Source of the DNA: the human T2T-CHM13v2.0 reference genome, Homo sapiens
Reading direction: 5' to 3' (one strand)
DNA length: 64,000 nucleotides
NCBI RefSeq assembly: GCF_009914755.1
Contig: NC_060927.1
The translations under genes and the position numbers were made by a program. The notes beneath the pieces are model-generated. The model saw only the letters and a list, made by a program, of their open reading frames with translations, was not told the DNA's origin and did not search any database. Positions 29,840 to 42,139 of the stretch are shown here, piece after piece (positions within the stretch are counted from its first letter, which is position 1; each line of letters starts with the position of its first letter).

Positions 29840-29876
29840 ACAGTAAATATTATTATATATATTATATAAATATATA

Positions 29877-32800
29877 GGAGAGGGAGATGCCAAGATGGCT
29901 GACTAGAAGCAGCTGGTGTATGCTACTCTCATGGAGAGGAGATACAGTGGGCAGTAAACACTAGCTCTTCAACTGGATTATCCAGGAAGACACGTTGGTT
30001 GGTATTCATCAAGGAAGCACCATGACCCATGGAGAGCAGAGAAGAGTGAGACAGGACAGCTGCCCACTCAGGACTGGCATGAAAGCAAGGGAGGCTCCCC
30101 ACCACAAGGAAATGGTGAGTGGACAAGAGTGCCTGGGGTCCTACACTTTTGCCATAGAGCTTTGCAATTCTGAGAACTGGTGATCTCCCCTGATCCATCC
30201 CTCTGGGGCCTCCAAACTAACACAGAGAGCTGCCTGGGGCCTGACCAGAGCCACCACTCAGGCTCACATGAAGCCCAAGGGCTTTGGACTCCTGAGCACA
30301 CTGGCACTAGCTGTTGTAGCTTCACCAAGGGAGGCCAGGCTCTCTTGCATGCCCCCAGAATAGAAGCCCCGTCCATGGTGCTGAGGAGTGGTCAGACTAC
30401 TGGCCTCACCCCCACTACAATCCATCAGGCAAAGCCCACAAGCCTGGGACCCCAGTGCGGCCACCCCTTCTCTGACTGAGCGCTTGGGCCACAGCTCTGC
30501 ATTTCTCTAGGATGGAACACCCAGAGGTGACTGACAGACCCACAGCTTTTGCCGCTTCTGCAGCCCATGCCCCTGCTGTCCTCAGGCTAGGCAGGGAGCA
30601 GAGACCCCAAGAACTATTGTGGGCCTCTGGCACACCACAGCTGCCTTGTAGAAAAGCAACCAAATTGTTATCCACATGGGTCCCTGACTCTGCTTTCCTC
30701 ACTAGGCAAGGCCTCCTGACCTGGGTCCCCCGCACAGTTGCCCTGCCTCTGCCTGATCATTTCAGTCAGTGATGGCTCTGTGCTTCTTTGCGGAGGAAAT
30801 TCCGGAGACAACCCACAGACTCTCTGCCATTGCCTATGCGGTGGTACCACCCTTTCTGGCCATTGGGCTTGGAAAAGAATAAAGATCCTCATCACTTTGC
30901 TGGCACCTCCAGCATGCTACAGCCACCATACAGAGAGGAGCAGTCTCTCTTGCCTGTGAGCCCCCACCTTCTACCCTTCAACAGATAGGCCCTTGCCGCC
31001 ATGCCCATTGGACCCAGAGCACAGCAACTCTCCCCCTAGTTAAACATTCCCATTGGCAACAGCTCTCTGTCACTCTGGGGTGGAGTTCTTAAAGGCAAAT
31101 GATAGCCCCTTTGCCACTGACACTGCAGCAGTACTGGGCAGTACTGCTCTTGCCGCCACCAGCCTAAAGAAGGAACAAAGAACCCGAGTGCTTTACTTGC
31201 ACCTCCCACATGGCATAGCCACCCTAGAGAAGAGGTCAGACTTTCTTCCCTGCTGGTCCTCCACCCACACCAACCCTTTTTTTCTGAGGCAGGACCTCTT
31301 GGCTTGGGCTCACAGTGTAGCTGCCCCATCCCCAGCTGGTTGTTCCAAATGGCAGAAGCTCTGCCTTTCTCTGGGGTGGAGCCCCAAGAGACAAATGAAA
31401 GGCCTTCTGCCATTGCCACTGCCAAGGTCCCCAGCTCTGCTGTCCTTCAAGTTAGAGAGGGAACAGAAAGCCTGAGATCACCCCTAGGCTACAGTGCCCA
31501 GTTCAGGAGTGCCAAGCTGAGATCTGTAACCAGCACTCAAGTGAGAGAGGAGTCCACACACTCAGAGCATTGAAAGGGAGCATGGCTGCAAATGATCAGA
31601 AATACAGAGAAGCCACATGGCTGAGTATGAGCCTATCTACTGGCCATTACACTTAAGCACTGTCTACTGGATCACAGCCCAAATGTCAACCCCCAAAATA
31701 CTTTACTAATATACCCACCTGTGAAACCAAGGACAAGCATTTCAGTCATGAATAAAGACCCTGCACAAAGCCTTAGCCCTCTGAAAGCATCCAGAAATGA
31801 AGCCAGCTGAGGATACTCAAATTACAGCACATTTAAAGGAACATCAGCCCACACACATAAGAAATAACCAGCACAAGAACTCCAACAACTCTAAAAGCCA
31901 GAGCCTCTCCTTACCTCCAAATGACTACACAGCTGCCCAATAATGGTTCTTAGCCAGAATGAAATGGCTGAAATGACAGATTCTCAGTGAATATGGATGA
32001 CAATGAAGATCATCGAGATTCAGGAGAAAGTTAAACCCATTCCAAAGTGTCTAAGGCATCCAGTAAAATGGTTCAAGTGATGAAAGACAAAATAGCCATT
32101 TTAAGAAAAAACTGAACTGATCTGATAGAGCTAAAAATTTACTATAGGAATTCCATAACGTAATTGGAAGTATTAATATCAGAATAGATCAAGCTGAAGA
32201 AAGCATCTCAGAGCTCAAAGACCCGTTATTTGAATTAACTCAGTCACACAATTGTCCATGAAAATTTTCTCAACCTCTTTAGAGATGTTGATGTTGACAT
32301 TCAAAATTGAGGAAATTCAGAGAACTCTGCAAGACACTATACAAGATGACCATCCATAGTCTCAGATTCTTCAAGGTCAATGCAAGAGAAAAAAATATTA
32401 AATGCAGCTAGAGAGGAGTAGGTCACCCACAAAGGGAAACCCAACAAGCTAACTTCAGATCTTCCAGAAAAACCCTACAGGCCAGAAGAGATGGTGGACC
32501 TATATTCATCATCCTTAAAGAAAAAATCTCCCCAGTAATTTTATATACAGCCAAACTAAGCTTCTAAAGCAAAGGAGAAGTAAGATTCTTTTTAGACAAA
32601 GATATGCAAAAGGAATTCATTACCACCAGACCTTCCTTACAAGATGTCTTTAAGGGAGTACTAAACATGGAAATGAATGACCATAACCGGCCACCACAAA
32701 AACATACTTAAGTACATAGAACATTTACACTATAAAGCAATTACACAATCAGGTCCACATAACAACCAGCTAACAACACAATGACAGGATCAAATCCACA

Positions 32801-35200
32801 AATATCAATGTTAACCTTGAATATAAATAGGCTAAATGCCATACTTAAAAGACACAGAGTGGCAAGTTGGTAAAAGAAACAAGACTCAATTGTATGCTGC
32901 CTTCAAAAGACCCACCTCACATGCAAGGACACCCATAGGCTCAAGGTAAAGGGATGGAGAAAAATCTATTAAGCAAAGGGCAAACAAAAAAGAGCAGTAG
33001 TTGTTATTCTTATTTCAGACAAAATAAGCGTTAAACCAACAATGACCGAAAAGAACAAAGAAGGGTATTACATAATAATAAATGGTTTAATTTAACAAGA
33101 AGACTTAAGAATTCTAAATGTAGATATGCCCAACACTGCAGCACCCACACTCATAAAACAGGTTCTTAGAGACTTACAAAGACACTTACATAATCACACA
33201 GTAATAGTGGGAGACGTTATTGCACACAGCATCAAAGCAGCATACTAACAAAATATCCAGGAACTAAACTTGACACCAGACCAAATGGACCTAACAGACA
33301 TCTACAGAAAACTTCACCCAATAACATCAGAATACATATTCTCATCTGCATATGGCACATGCTCTAAAATTAACTACACACTAAGCTCTAAAGCAATTCT
33401 CAACAAATTAAGAAAATTTGAAATCATAACAACTATATTCTCAATTCTCAAAATACAGTACAATAAAAATAGAAATCAATACCAAGATGATCTCTCAAAA
33501 CCATACAATTACTTGTAAATTAAACAATCTCATCCTGCATGACATTTGGGTAAACAATTAAATTAAGGCAGGAATCCAGAAATATTTTAAAATTATGAAA
33601 ACAAAGATACAAAATACCAGAATCTCTGGGACATGGCTAAAGCAGTGTTAAGAGGAATGTTTATAGTGTTAAATGCCCATATCAAAAAGTCAGAAAAATC
33701 TCAAACCTAACATCATACCTAGAGGAACTAGAAAAACAAGAGCAAACCAACCCTAAACTATACTATAAGGCTACAATAACCAAAAGAGCATGGTACTAGT
33801 GCAAAAACAGACACGTAGAACAATGGAACAAATTAGAGAACCCAAAAGTCAGTCACACACCTGCAACTATCTGATCATTAACAAAGCCAACAATAGCAAG
33901 CAACAGGAAAAGTACTGCCTATTCAATAAATGGTGCTGAGATAACTGGCTAGCCATACGCAAAAGATTTACACTGGATCCCTTCCTTTCACCGTATACAA
34001 AAATCAACTCAAGATGGATTAAAGACTTGAATGTAAGACCTAAACTATAAAAGCCATAGAAGAAAACCTACAAAATACCATTCTGGTCATAGGCCCTGGC
34101 AAAGATTTCATGATGAAGACTCCAAAAGCAATTGCAACAAAAATAAAAATTGACAAATGGGACCTAATTAAACTAAAGGGTTTCTGCACAGCAAAAGAAG
34201 GTATCAGAGTAAATAGACAACCTACAGAATGGGAGAAAATATTTGCAAATGATGCATTCAACAAAGATCCAGAATCCCAGTAATATGCAAAATCTATAGG
34301 GAATTTAATTAACAAAATCAGTAAACAACAAACAAGCCCATTAAAAAATGGGCAAAAGACACGAACACATACTTCTCAAAAGAAGACATGCGTGAAGCCA
34401 ATGAACATATAAAAATAATGTTCAATATCACTAATCATTAAGAAAATGCAAATCAAAACCACAATGAGATATCATCTCACACCAGTCAGAATGGCTATTA
34501 ACAAAAAGTCAAAAAAAAAAAAAAAAGAAAGATGCCAGTGTGGTTGCAGAGAAAAGGTAATGCTTGTTCACCACTAATGGAAATTTAAGTTAGTTCAGCC
34601 ACTGTGAAAAGCTCTTTGAAGATATCTCTAAGAACTTAAAACAGAACTACCATTTGACCCAACAATTCCGTTACTGAGTATATACCCAAAGAAATATAAA
34701 TTATTATACCATAAAAACACTTGCACTTGTATGTTCATCACTGCACTATTCACAATAGCAAAGACACAGAATCTACCTAGATGCCCATCATGGGTGGACT
34801 GGATAAATAAAATGTGGTACATATACATCACGGAATACTATACAGCTATGAAAAAGACAAAATCATGTCCTTTGCAGAAACATGGATGGAGCTAGAGACG
34901 ATTATGCTAAATGAATTAATGCAGGAACAGAAAACTAAATACCACATGTTCTCACTTGTAAGTGGGAACTAAACATCGATTACACATGGACACAAAGAAG
35001 GGAAAAATAGACACTGGAGCCTACTTGAGGGAGTAGTGGCAGAGTGAGGACTAAAAAACTACCTATTAGGTAGTATGCTGATTACCTGAGTGACAGAATT
35101 ATCTGTATAGCAAACTCTTGCAATATGCAATTTACACATGTAGCAAACCTGCACATGTAACCCTTGTACCTAAAATAAATATTAGAAAGAAAAAAAATCA
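29877..35200 (+). mobile_element. Old near-full-length L1 (L1PA13-16-like): long 5' UTR, decayed ORF1, ORF2 with the RT region deleted
   Basis: Starts ggagaggga..ccaagatggctgactagaagcagct. ~2-kb GC-richer 5' UTR. ORF2 start atgacaggatcaaat at 32781. Jump at ~33757 from the post-endonuclease region to the post-RT region. 3' UTR aaaaactacctattagg...aacctgcacatg and A-rich tail. Confidence 0.85.
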
Positions 35201-36550
35201 AAATTCAAGAAAATAAAAACCATACAATTTTTTTGTAAAAAATGAAAAATATTTATTTAGTATTTATATGTAATGCTATTTGATAGTCATCGTTCTATGT
35301 TCTTTTCATATATTAACTTATTTTATAAGAATTATTATTTAGATTTTACTTTTAGATATATTTAAATCAAATTTTGGTAGATGTAAGACAAGATGTATAT
35401 CTTCCAAAGCATCAGAGGAGACAACAAGGAGAAAATCACTAAGAAAATAGTAAGAATGTGTAAACAGATACGCACGAGAGAACAAGATGGCATAAATGAA
35501 AACTAAGTATTTTATTTCAAAAGGTAAATGAAAATGATATTAATCTTAAAATAAAAGACTCTCTAATTGGATTAAAGTTATTTTTATTTATATGAGACAT
35601 GCCAATATTAATCTTTTAGGAACATGAAATATAAAAATTTTGCATTATTATTTCAAATCTAGCAATAGATGAGAAGCATGATGATATTAATAACAGGATT
35701 CAAAGCAAAAGTTCTCAAGACAAAGATAGCCATCTTTTATTAATAAAAGATATAATTAGTAATGAAGATTTATTTAAGAAGCCTAAATTCTCACCTTTCA
35801 ACTAAGGCAAATGTTATTCTCACATGCAGTCAGAGCCCTGGCACTACATTTACCTTGTGGTGTTTCCATTCTTATTCTAGAACTTCTTGCAACTACCAGT
35901 AATCCAGACCATGACTTTCTCTTCCTGGAAGTCCTCAGTCATCACCACTCACCACTGATTTGCTGATGTTGATTATTTTGGCAACTGTCTATTGAACTCA
36001 CCATATTGTAACTGATTTTCTTGTGTGATACATTCTTATCACCATAATATTCAAGCTGCTTCTCCTTTGGCTCAAACTCTCACTATTCTCTTATTTTCCA
36101 AACTTTCCATTGTATCCTCTGGACCCCATGTTAACTACTGATGCTACTTCTTGTCCTTTACTGAAAATTTGCTGTCTTGTAAGGACACTATTTCTATTGG
36201 ATCTAATTCAAACAGATGCTGCTCATTTCTTTGACACCCCAGGAAAACCAGGCTAAGGAAGTGGAGCTGCCTTTTCCTAACAGCATAGTGCTATTTCCAG
36301 GCTATTGTTATTTTACTCTTTTGGAAATACTGTTCCTTTGAGGACTGTGATCTCTAAGTCTTCTGTCTTCCACCCATCCTCATTATCACCACCTAGTAAC
36401 TACCACATTGGACCAAGTCAGTAGATCATTGCTCAGCCTAGATTCCCATGTCAATCACTTCAGTCATTCATTTGCTCAAATCCCCAACTCCATGTTCATC
36501 CACTGCCTGTACATGCAACACATTTACTCTAGATATTGTCATCTTACCTC

Positions 36551-37023
36551 TATAAAAGGAAAATAAGTCTTGGGGACCTCAAATCACTAAGCTAAAGGGC
36601 AAAGTCAAGCTGGGAACTGCTTAAGGCAAACTTGCCCCTCCCATTCTGTTCAACATCAACCCTCTGCTCACTGAGATAAATGCGTATTTGATTGCCTCCT
36701 TTGGAAAGGCTAATCAGAAACTCAAAAGAATGCAACCTTTTGTCTCTTATCTACCTATGACCTGGGAGTCCCCTCCCACTTCCAGTTATCCTGCCTTTGC
36801 TTCTAGATGTTCCACCTTTCAGAATAGAACCAATGTTCATGTTACATATGTTGATTGATGTCTCATGTCTCTGTAAAAGGAATAAAACCAAGCTGTGCTC
36901 TGACCACCTTAGGTACATGTCATTTGGACCTCCTGAGGCTGTGTCATGGGCGTGCAAACTTAACTTTGGCAAAATAAACTTCCTAAATTGACTGAGACCT
37001 GTCTCAGATTTTTGGGGTTCATA
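36551..37023 (+). mobile_element. MER4A-like ERV1 solo LTR
   Basis: aaaggaaaataagtcttggggacc..aaatcactaagctaaagg..aaagtcaagctgggaactgc start, AATAAA near the end, 4-bp TSD cctc (36547-36550 / 37024-37027). Confidence 0.8.
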
Positions 37024-37604
37024 CCTCATATACTCTCAATTGGATTAAGGTCTTTAGAGGTACTAAAGTTGAAATACGAATGCTTCCTCTCATACTGTAC
37101 CATATAAAACTAAAAAAAGTACAATTTTAAATAATAAATGCAAAACATCTAAAAATTATGATTTTCCCCACAAATTCTTCCTTGCTTTTTCTAAAGATAA
37201 GTCTCCATGTTGGGCAATTCAGTATTGACTAGATAAAGCTTCCTGAATAGTGTGAAGAAAATCAAGCTATCTTCAAATTGATGCCTATTCAGGTTACTAT
37301 TGCTGCATATCTGGTTATGCCAGTTCAGGAGTTTAATGACACTATTTTTATTGTGTTCATAAATTCCTGGATCACACACTTATACAGAGCCCAGCAGGGA
37401 TAGTTTGTCTCTGTTTCTTAATAGATAGAGTCATAGCAGGAAAGACTTGACAGCTAAGGGGTGATTTGGCTGCTGGGCACTGGAATCATCTGAAGATATC
37501 TTCACTCAGATATTTGGTGACTAATGCTGGCTATTGACTGGGACCTTGGCTGGCACTGGCATCCAGTGCACCTACGCATGGTTTCATCATGTAATTTGGG
37601 CTTT

Positions 37605-40567
37605 TGTGTTAGTCCATATTCATGTTGCTGATAAAGACATACCCGAGACTGGGTAATTTATAAATAAAAGTTCCACATGGCTTGGGTGGCCTCACAATCA
37701 TGGCAGAAGAGCAAAGGAGAACAAAGGGATGTCTAATATTGTGGCCGGCAAAGAGAGAGAGCCACATAAAAGGGGAAACTCCTTATAAAACCATCAGATC
37801 TCATGAGACTTATTCCCTACCATGACAATGATATGAGGGAAACTAGAGGAGGTGCCAACTGGGATTCCTGGGTCGAGTAGGGGCTCAGAAAGCAGTGAAA
37901 CTCACTCATTTCCTGCATCAGGACTTACTTCAGCCCTGGATGAATAATATTAAAGATGTATGCTTAAAATATTCTTAGCACCAGGATTTATGCATATATT
38001 TTCTTCGCTAAGAAAGCTATAAACAACAAAAATTTTGCTGTAAGTTTCCCTGTGTCTTTCTCTCCCTCTCTCCCTTCCCCTCCACCAAAACTAAAGTTAA
38101 AAGGAATGTTAACTGCCATTTTTCTGTGACCAGCAGACCTTATCTATCCTCCCAATTCCAATTCCTTGTGAACATACTTTGTAAAGTCCTGTGAGATCCT
38201 GTCTCTTTTGCCATGCTGTTGCAATGTCATAAAGTAGATAAAACCTAAGCTGCAATTCCAGTTTTCCTCAAGATCTAAGACATGTCACAACTGGTTAATT
38301 GCCTTTGTTTCTTGCTCTGGTAACATCTTCTTGCCACACATATTTCCTGCCTTAAATAGTTTAAAAGGCAATCCCATAATCTAACTCTGGCTACCCATTT
38401 GGGACCCCTTCCACACTGTGGAAACTTTGTACTTTCACTCTGCTCAATAAAGCCTAGAGCTTTTTCTCCTGGTCCGTGTCTCTATCACTTGGCACTGTCA
38501 GCCACCACAAACAATTCTTTGGTGTGGATAAGCAAGAACCTTAGGTGTTACAAAACCAACCCATGATTAAATTATCTCTCATCAGGTCTATCCCACAACA
38601 CGTGGGAATTATGGGAGCTACAATTCGAGATGAGAGTTCATTCTGCCCATGGCCCCTCCCAGACTTCATGTCCTCACATTTCAAAACCAATTATGCCTTC
38701 CCAACAGTCCCTCAAAGTCTTAACTCATCTCAGTATTAACTCAAAGGTCTGCAATCCAAAGTCTCATCTGAGACAAGGCAAGTCCCTTCCACCTATGAGC
38801 CTGAAAATTAAAACGAAGTTAGTTACTTCCTAGATACAATGGGGGTACAGGCATTGGGTAAATATACCCATTCCAAAAGAAAGAAATTGGCTAAAACAAA
38901 GGGGCTAAAGGCTGCATGCAAGTCCAAAATCCAGTGGGGCAGTCAAATCTTAAAGCTCCAAAATGATCTCCTTTGACTCCATGTCTCACATTCAGGTCAT
39001 GCTGATGTAAAAGGTGGGTTCCAATGGTCTTGGGGAGCTTCATCCCTGTGGTTTTGCAGGGTAAAGTCTCCCTCCTGGCTGCTTTCATGGGCTGACATTG
39101 AGTTTCTGTGGCTTTTCCAGGCACACTGTGAAAGCTGTCAGGGGATCCACCATTCTGGGATCTGGAGGATGGTGGCCCTCTTCTCATAGCTCCATTAGGC
39201 AGTGCCCCAGTCTGGACTCTGTGTGGGCCTTCAACCCCACATTTCCCTTCTGCATGGTCCTAGCAGAGGTTATCCATGAGGGCTCCACCCCTGCAGCAAA
39301 CTTCTGCCTCCACATCTAGGCATTTCCATACATCCTCTGACATGTAGGTGGATGTTCCCAAACCAAATTTTTGACTTCTGTGCACCCATGAATACCATGT
39401 TGAAGCTGCCAAGGCTTGGGACTTGCACCTCCTGAAGCCATAGCCCGAGCTGTACCTTGTCCCCTTTAAGCCATGGGTCGAGGGGCTGGGACACAAGGCA
39501 CCAAGTCCCTAGGCTTCACACAGCAGGGGTGCCTAGGCCCAGCCCATGAAACCATTTCTTCCTCCTAGGCCTCCAAGCCTGTAATGGGGGGGCTGCCCCA
39601 AAGGTCTCTGACATGCCCTGGAGACACTTTCCCCATTGTCTTGGCGAGTAACATTTGGCTCCTCCCTACTTACACAAATTTCTGCAGCTAGCTTGAATTT
39701 CTCCTCAGAAAATGGGTTTTTCTATCAAATCATCAAGCTGCAAATTTTCCAAACTTATATGCTCTGTTTCTCTTGTTAAACCAAATATCTTTAACAACAC
39801 CCAAGTCATCTTTTGAATGTTTTGCTGCTTAGAAATTTCTTCTGCCAGATACCCTAAATCATCTCCCTCAAGTTCAAAGTTCCACAAATCTCCAGGGCAG
39901 AAGCGAAATGCCACCAGTGTCTTTGCTAAAGCATAACAGGAGTCACTTTTAGTCCAGTTCCCAATAAGTTCCTCATCTCTCTCTGAGACCACCTCAGCCT
40001 GGATTTTATTGTCCATATAATTATCAGCATTTTCAAAGCCATTCAAAAACAAGTTTCTTGGAAGCTCCAAACTTTCCCACATTTTCCTGTCTTCTTCTGA
40101 GCCCTCCAAACTGTTCCAGCCTCTGCGTGTTACCCAGTTCCAATGTCACTTCCACATTTTCGGGTATCTTTACAGCAGTGCCCCATTCTACTGGTACCAA
40201 TTTACTGTATTAGGCTGTTTTCATACTGCTGATAAAGACATACCTGAGACTCAGTAATTTATAAAGAAAAAGGTTTAATGGACTCACTGTAAGTGGAACT
40301 GTGGCTGGGCAGACCTTACAATCATGGTTGAAGGTGAAAGACATGTCTTATATGGTGGCAGATGAGAGAGAGTGAGAGCCAAGTGAAAGGAGAAATCCCA
40401 TATGAAACCATCAGGTCTCATGAGACTTAATCAGTACCACAAGAATAGTATGGGAAACTGCCCCATGATTCAATTATCTCCCACCGGGTCCCTCCCACAA
40501 CATGTGGGAATTCTGGGAGCTACAATTCAAGATGAGATTTGGGTGGGGACACAGTCAAACCATATCA
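37605..40567 (-). mobile_element. Full THE1 (MaLR) element: LTR-internal-LTR
   Basis: LTRs at 37605-~38640 (interrupted) and 40206-40567, with THE1-int between (ORF remnant MEGSEEDRKMWESLELPR...). TSD gcttt / gcttc. Confidence 0.9.
37844..38552 (+). mobile_element. ERV1 solo LTR (LTR15-like) nested in the THE1 LTR
   Basis: ~710 bp, AATAAA at ~38446, ends ...ggtgttaca, 4-bp TSD aaac. THE1 LTR sequence is continuous across it. Subfamily tentative. Confidence 0.7.
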
Positions 40568-40967
40568 GCTTCCTCATAGCATAGAACATTCTGAGAAATT
40601 AGATTTTTTTTTTACATAGGGGATCAGGACTCCAAAAATGAATGTTCTGGACAATAAAGCAGAATCTATATAATCTAATCTGACCTAGTCTTGGAAGTTA
40701 CACAATATCTTCTGCCAAATTCTATTGGTTACAAGTAAGTCAAAAGCTTATTTAAATTCAAGTGAAAGGACAAAATTCCTTCCCATCTCTTCATGTGTGA
40801 ATTTGCACCATTTCCAGAAAACCCATTTCAATGACCATATAAGTGGGTGTTTGTTTTCTTTAGATGAAGCTATAACTAATGCCTTCAAATTATACTAAAT
40901 AGTTAATTTTCTTTAACATTCTTCAGTGTGACTGATTCAAAAACTTTCCCTTTTCAAAACTCCTGCA

Positions 40968-41831
40968 TGTCATAATCAGAATACTACTAAGATGGCCTCA
41001 TGACCTACATACTTGTATAATTGCATCCCTTTGAGTGTGAGTAGGACCTGTATTTTTTTCTAATCAGTAGGATATGCTCAGGATAAGGGTTTTTTTCAAA
41101 TGTAATTCAAGTCCCTAATCAGCTGACTGTAAGTTAATGAAAGAGGGCAATTATCCCGAGTGAGTCTGACTTAATCAGGTGAGCCCATTAAATGAGAGTG
41201 TATAGGTCAGAGAAATTTTCCTGCTTGCCTTGAAGAAGATGCAACTATTGATGAGCTCTACAAATATAATGACATTAATTTACTAGCTACTTGAATGAAA
41301 TTAGAAGAGCCATCCCAGGCAAGTCTCCATATTAGAACACAGTCTGACTGACACCTTGCTTTTAGCCTAGTGAGTTCTTAAGTAGAGGGCCCAGATAAGC
41401 TTTGCCCAGACTCCTGCCTGAGAGAAACTTTGACATAATATATGTGTGATGTTTTAAATGGCTTGTGATAATTTGCTGCAGAGCAATAGAATAATACACT
41501 GCCATAACTTGTAGAGAATATTATTGCTGCTCACATCACTATTGATGAGCTCTAAAAATGTAATGAAATTAACTTACTAGCTACTTGAATGAAATTAGAA
41601 GAAGAGCCCTCCCAGGCAAGTCTCCATATGAGAACACAGTCTGACTGACACCTTGCTTTCAGCCTAGTGAGTTCTTAAGTAGAGGGCCCAGCTAAGCCAT
41701 GCCCAGACTCCTGCCTCAGAGAAACTTTGACGTAATACATGTGTGATGTTTTAAGTGGCTTGTGACAATTTGCTGCAGAGCAATAGAATAACACACTGCC
41801 ATAACTTTTAGAGAATATTATTGCTTCACAT
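40968..41831 (+). mobile_element. MLT1 LTR whose 3' part is tandemly duplicated (~294-bp unit)
   Basis: Copy 1 at 41244-41537 and copy 2 at 41538-41831, both running actattgatgagctct...gcagagcaatagaataa.acactgccataact...attattgct. Confidence 0.85.
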
Positions 41832-42139
41832 TTTCTGCAGAAAATAAAAGCCATCCCGTGAGAACTCAAGTATCTCTCACTACACCTGAAATTTATATTT
41901 TCCAACACCAAATTGTTTCCTTACCTTTTCTGAAGATGGAAAGGCTTTATTTTTCAAGACTTGATAATTCCCTGATGTAAGATTTGTAATAGTCACATTC
42001 TCTGAACACAATACAATAATATTAGAAATTATAATACAATTTAATCAAAACAGCAAAAAGCTTACTCTTATGATTTACAAAAATATCCACTTAGTTGAAA
42101 TTCCCAAGACATGAATCAATATACAGTGAAAAATGTATT

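Larger units (their letters stand above)
37300..40790 (-). mobile_element. MLT1-type LTR split by the THE1 insertion (~37300-37604 and 40568-~40790)
   Basis: ctggaatcatctgaag...ggctattgactggg...gggctt | cctcatagc...ttctgccaaattctattggttacaag reads as one continuous MLT1 once THE1 is removed. Confidence 0.6.

Noticed and set aside
29929-31573. Dense cluster of ORFs on both strands
   Set aside because: GC-rich, internally repetitive 5' UTR of an old L1; no coding signature.
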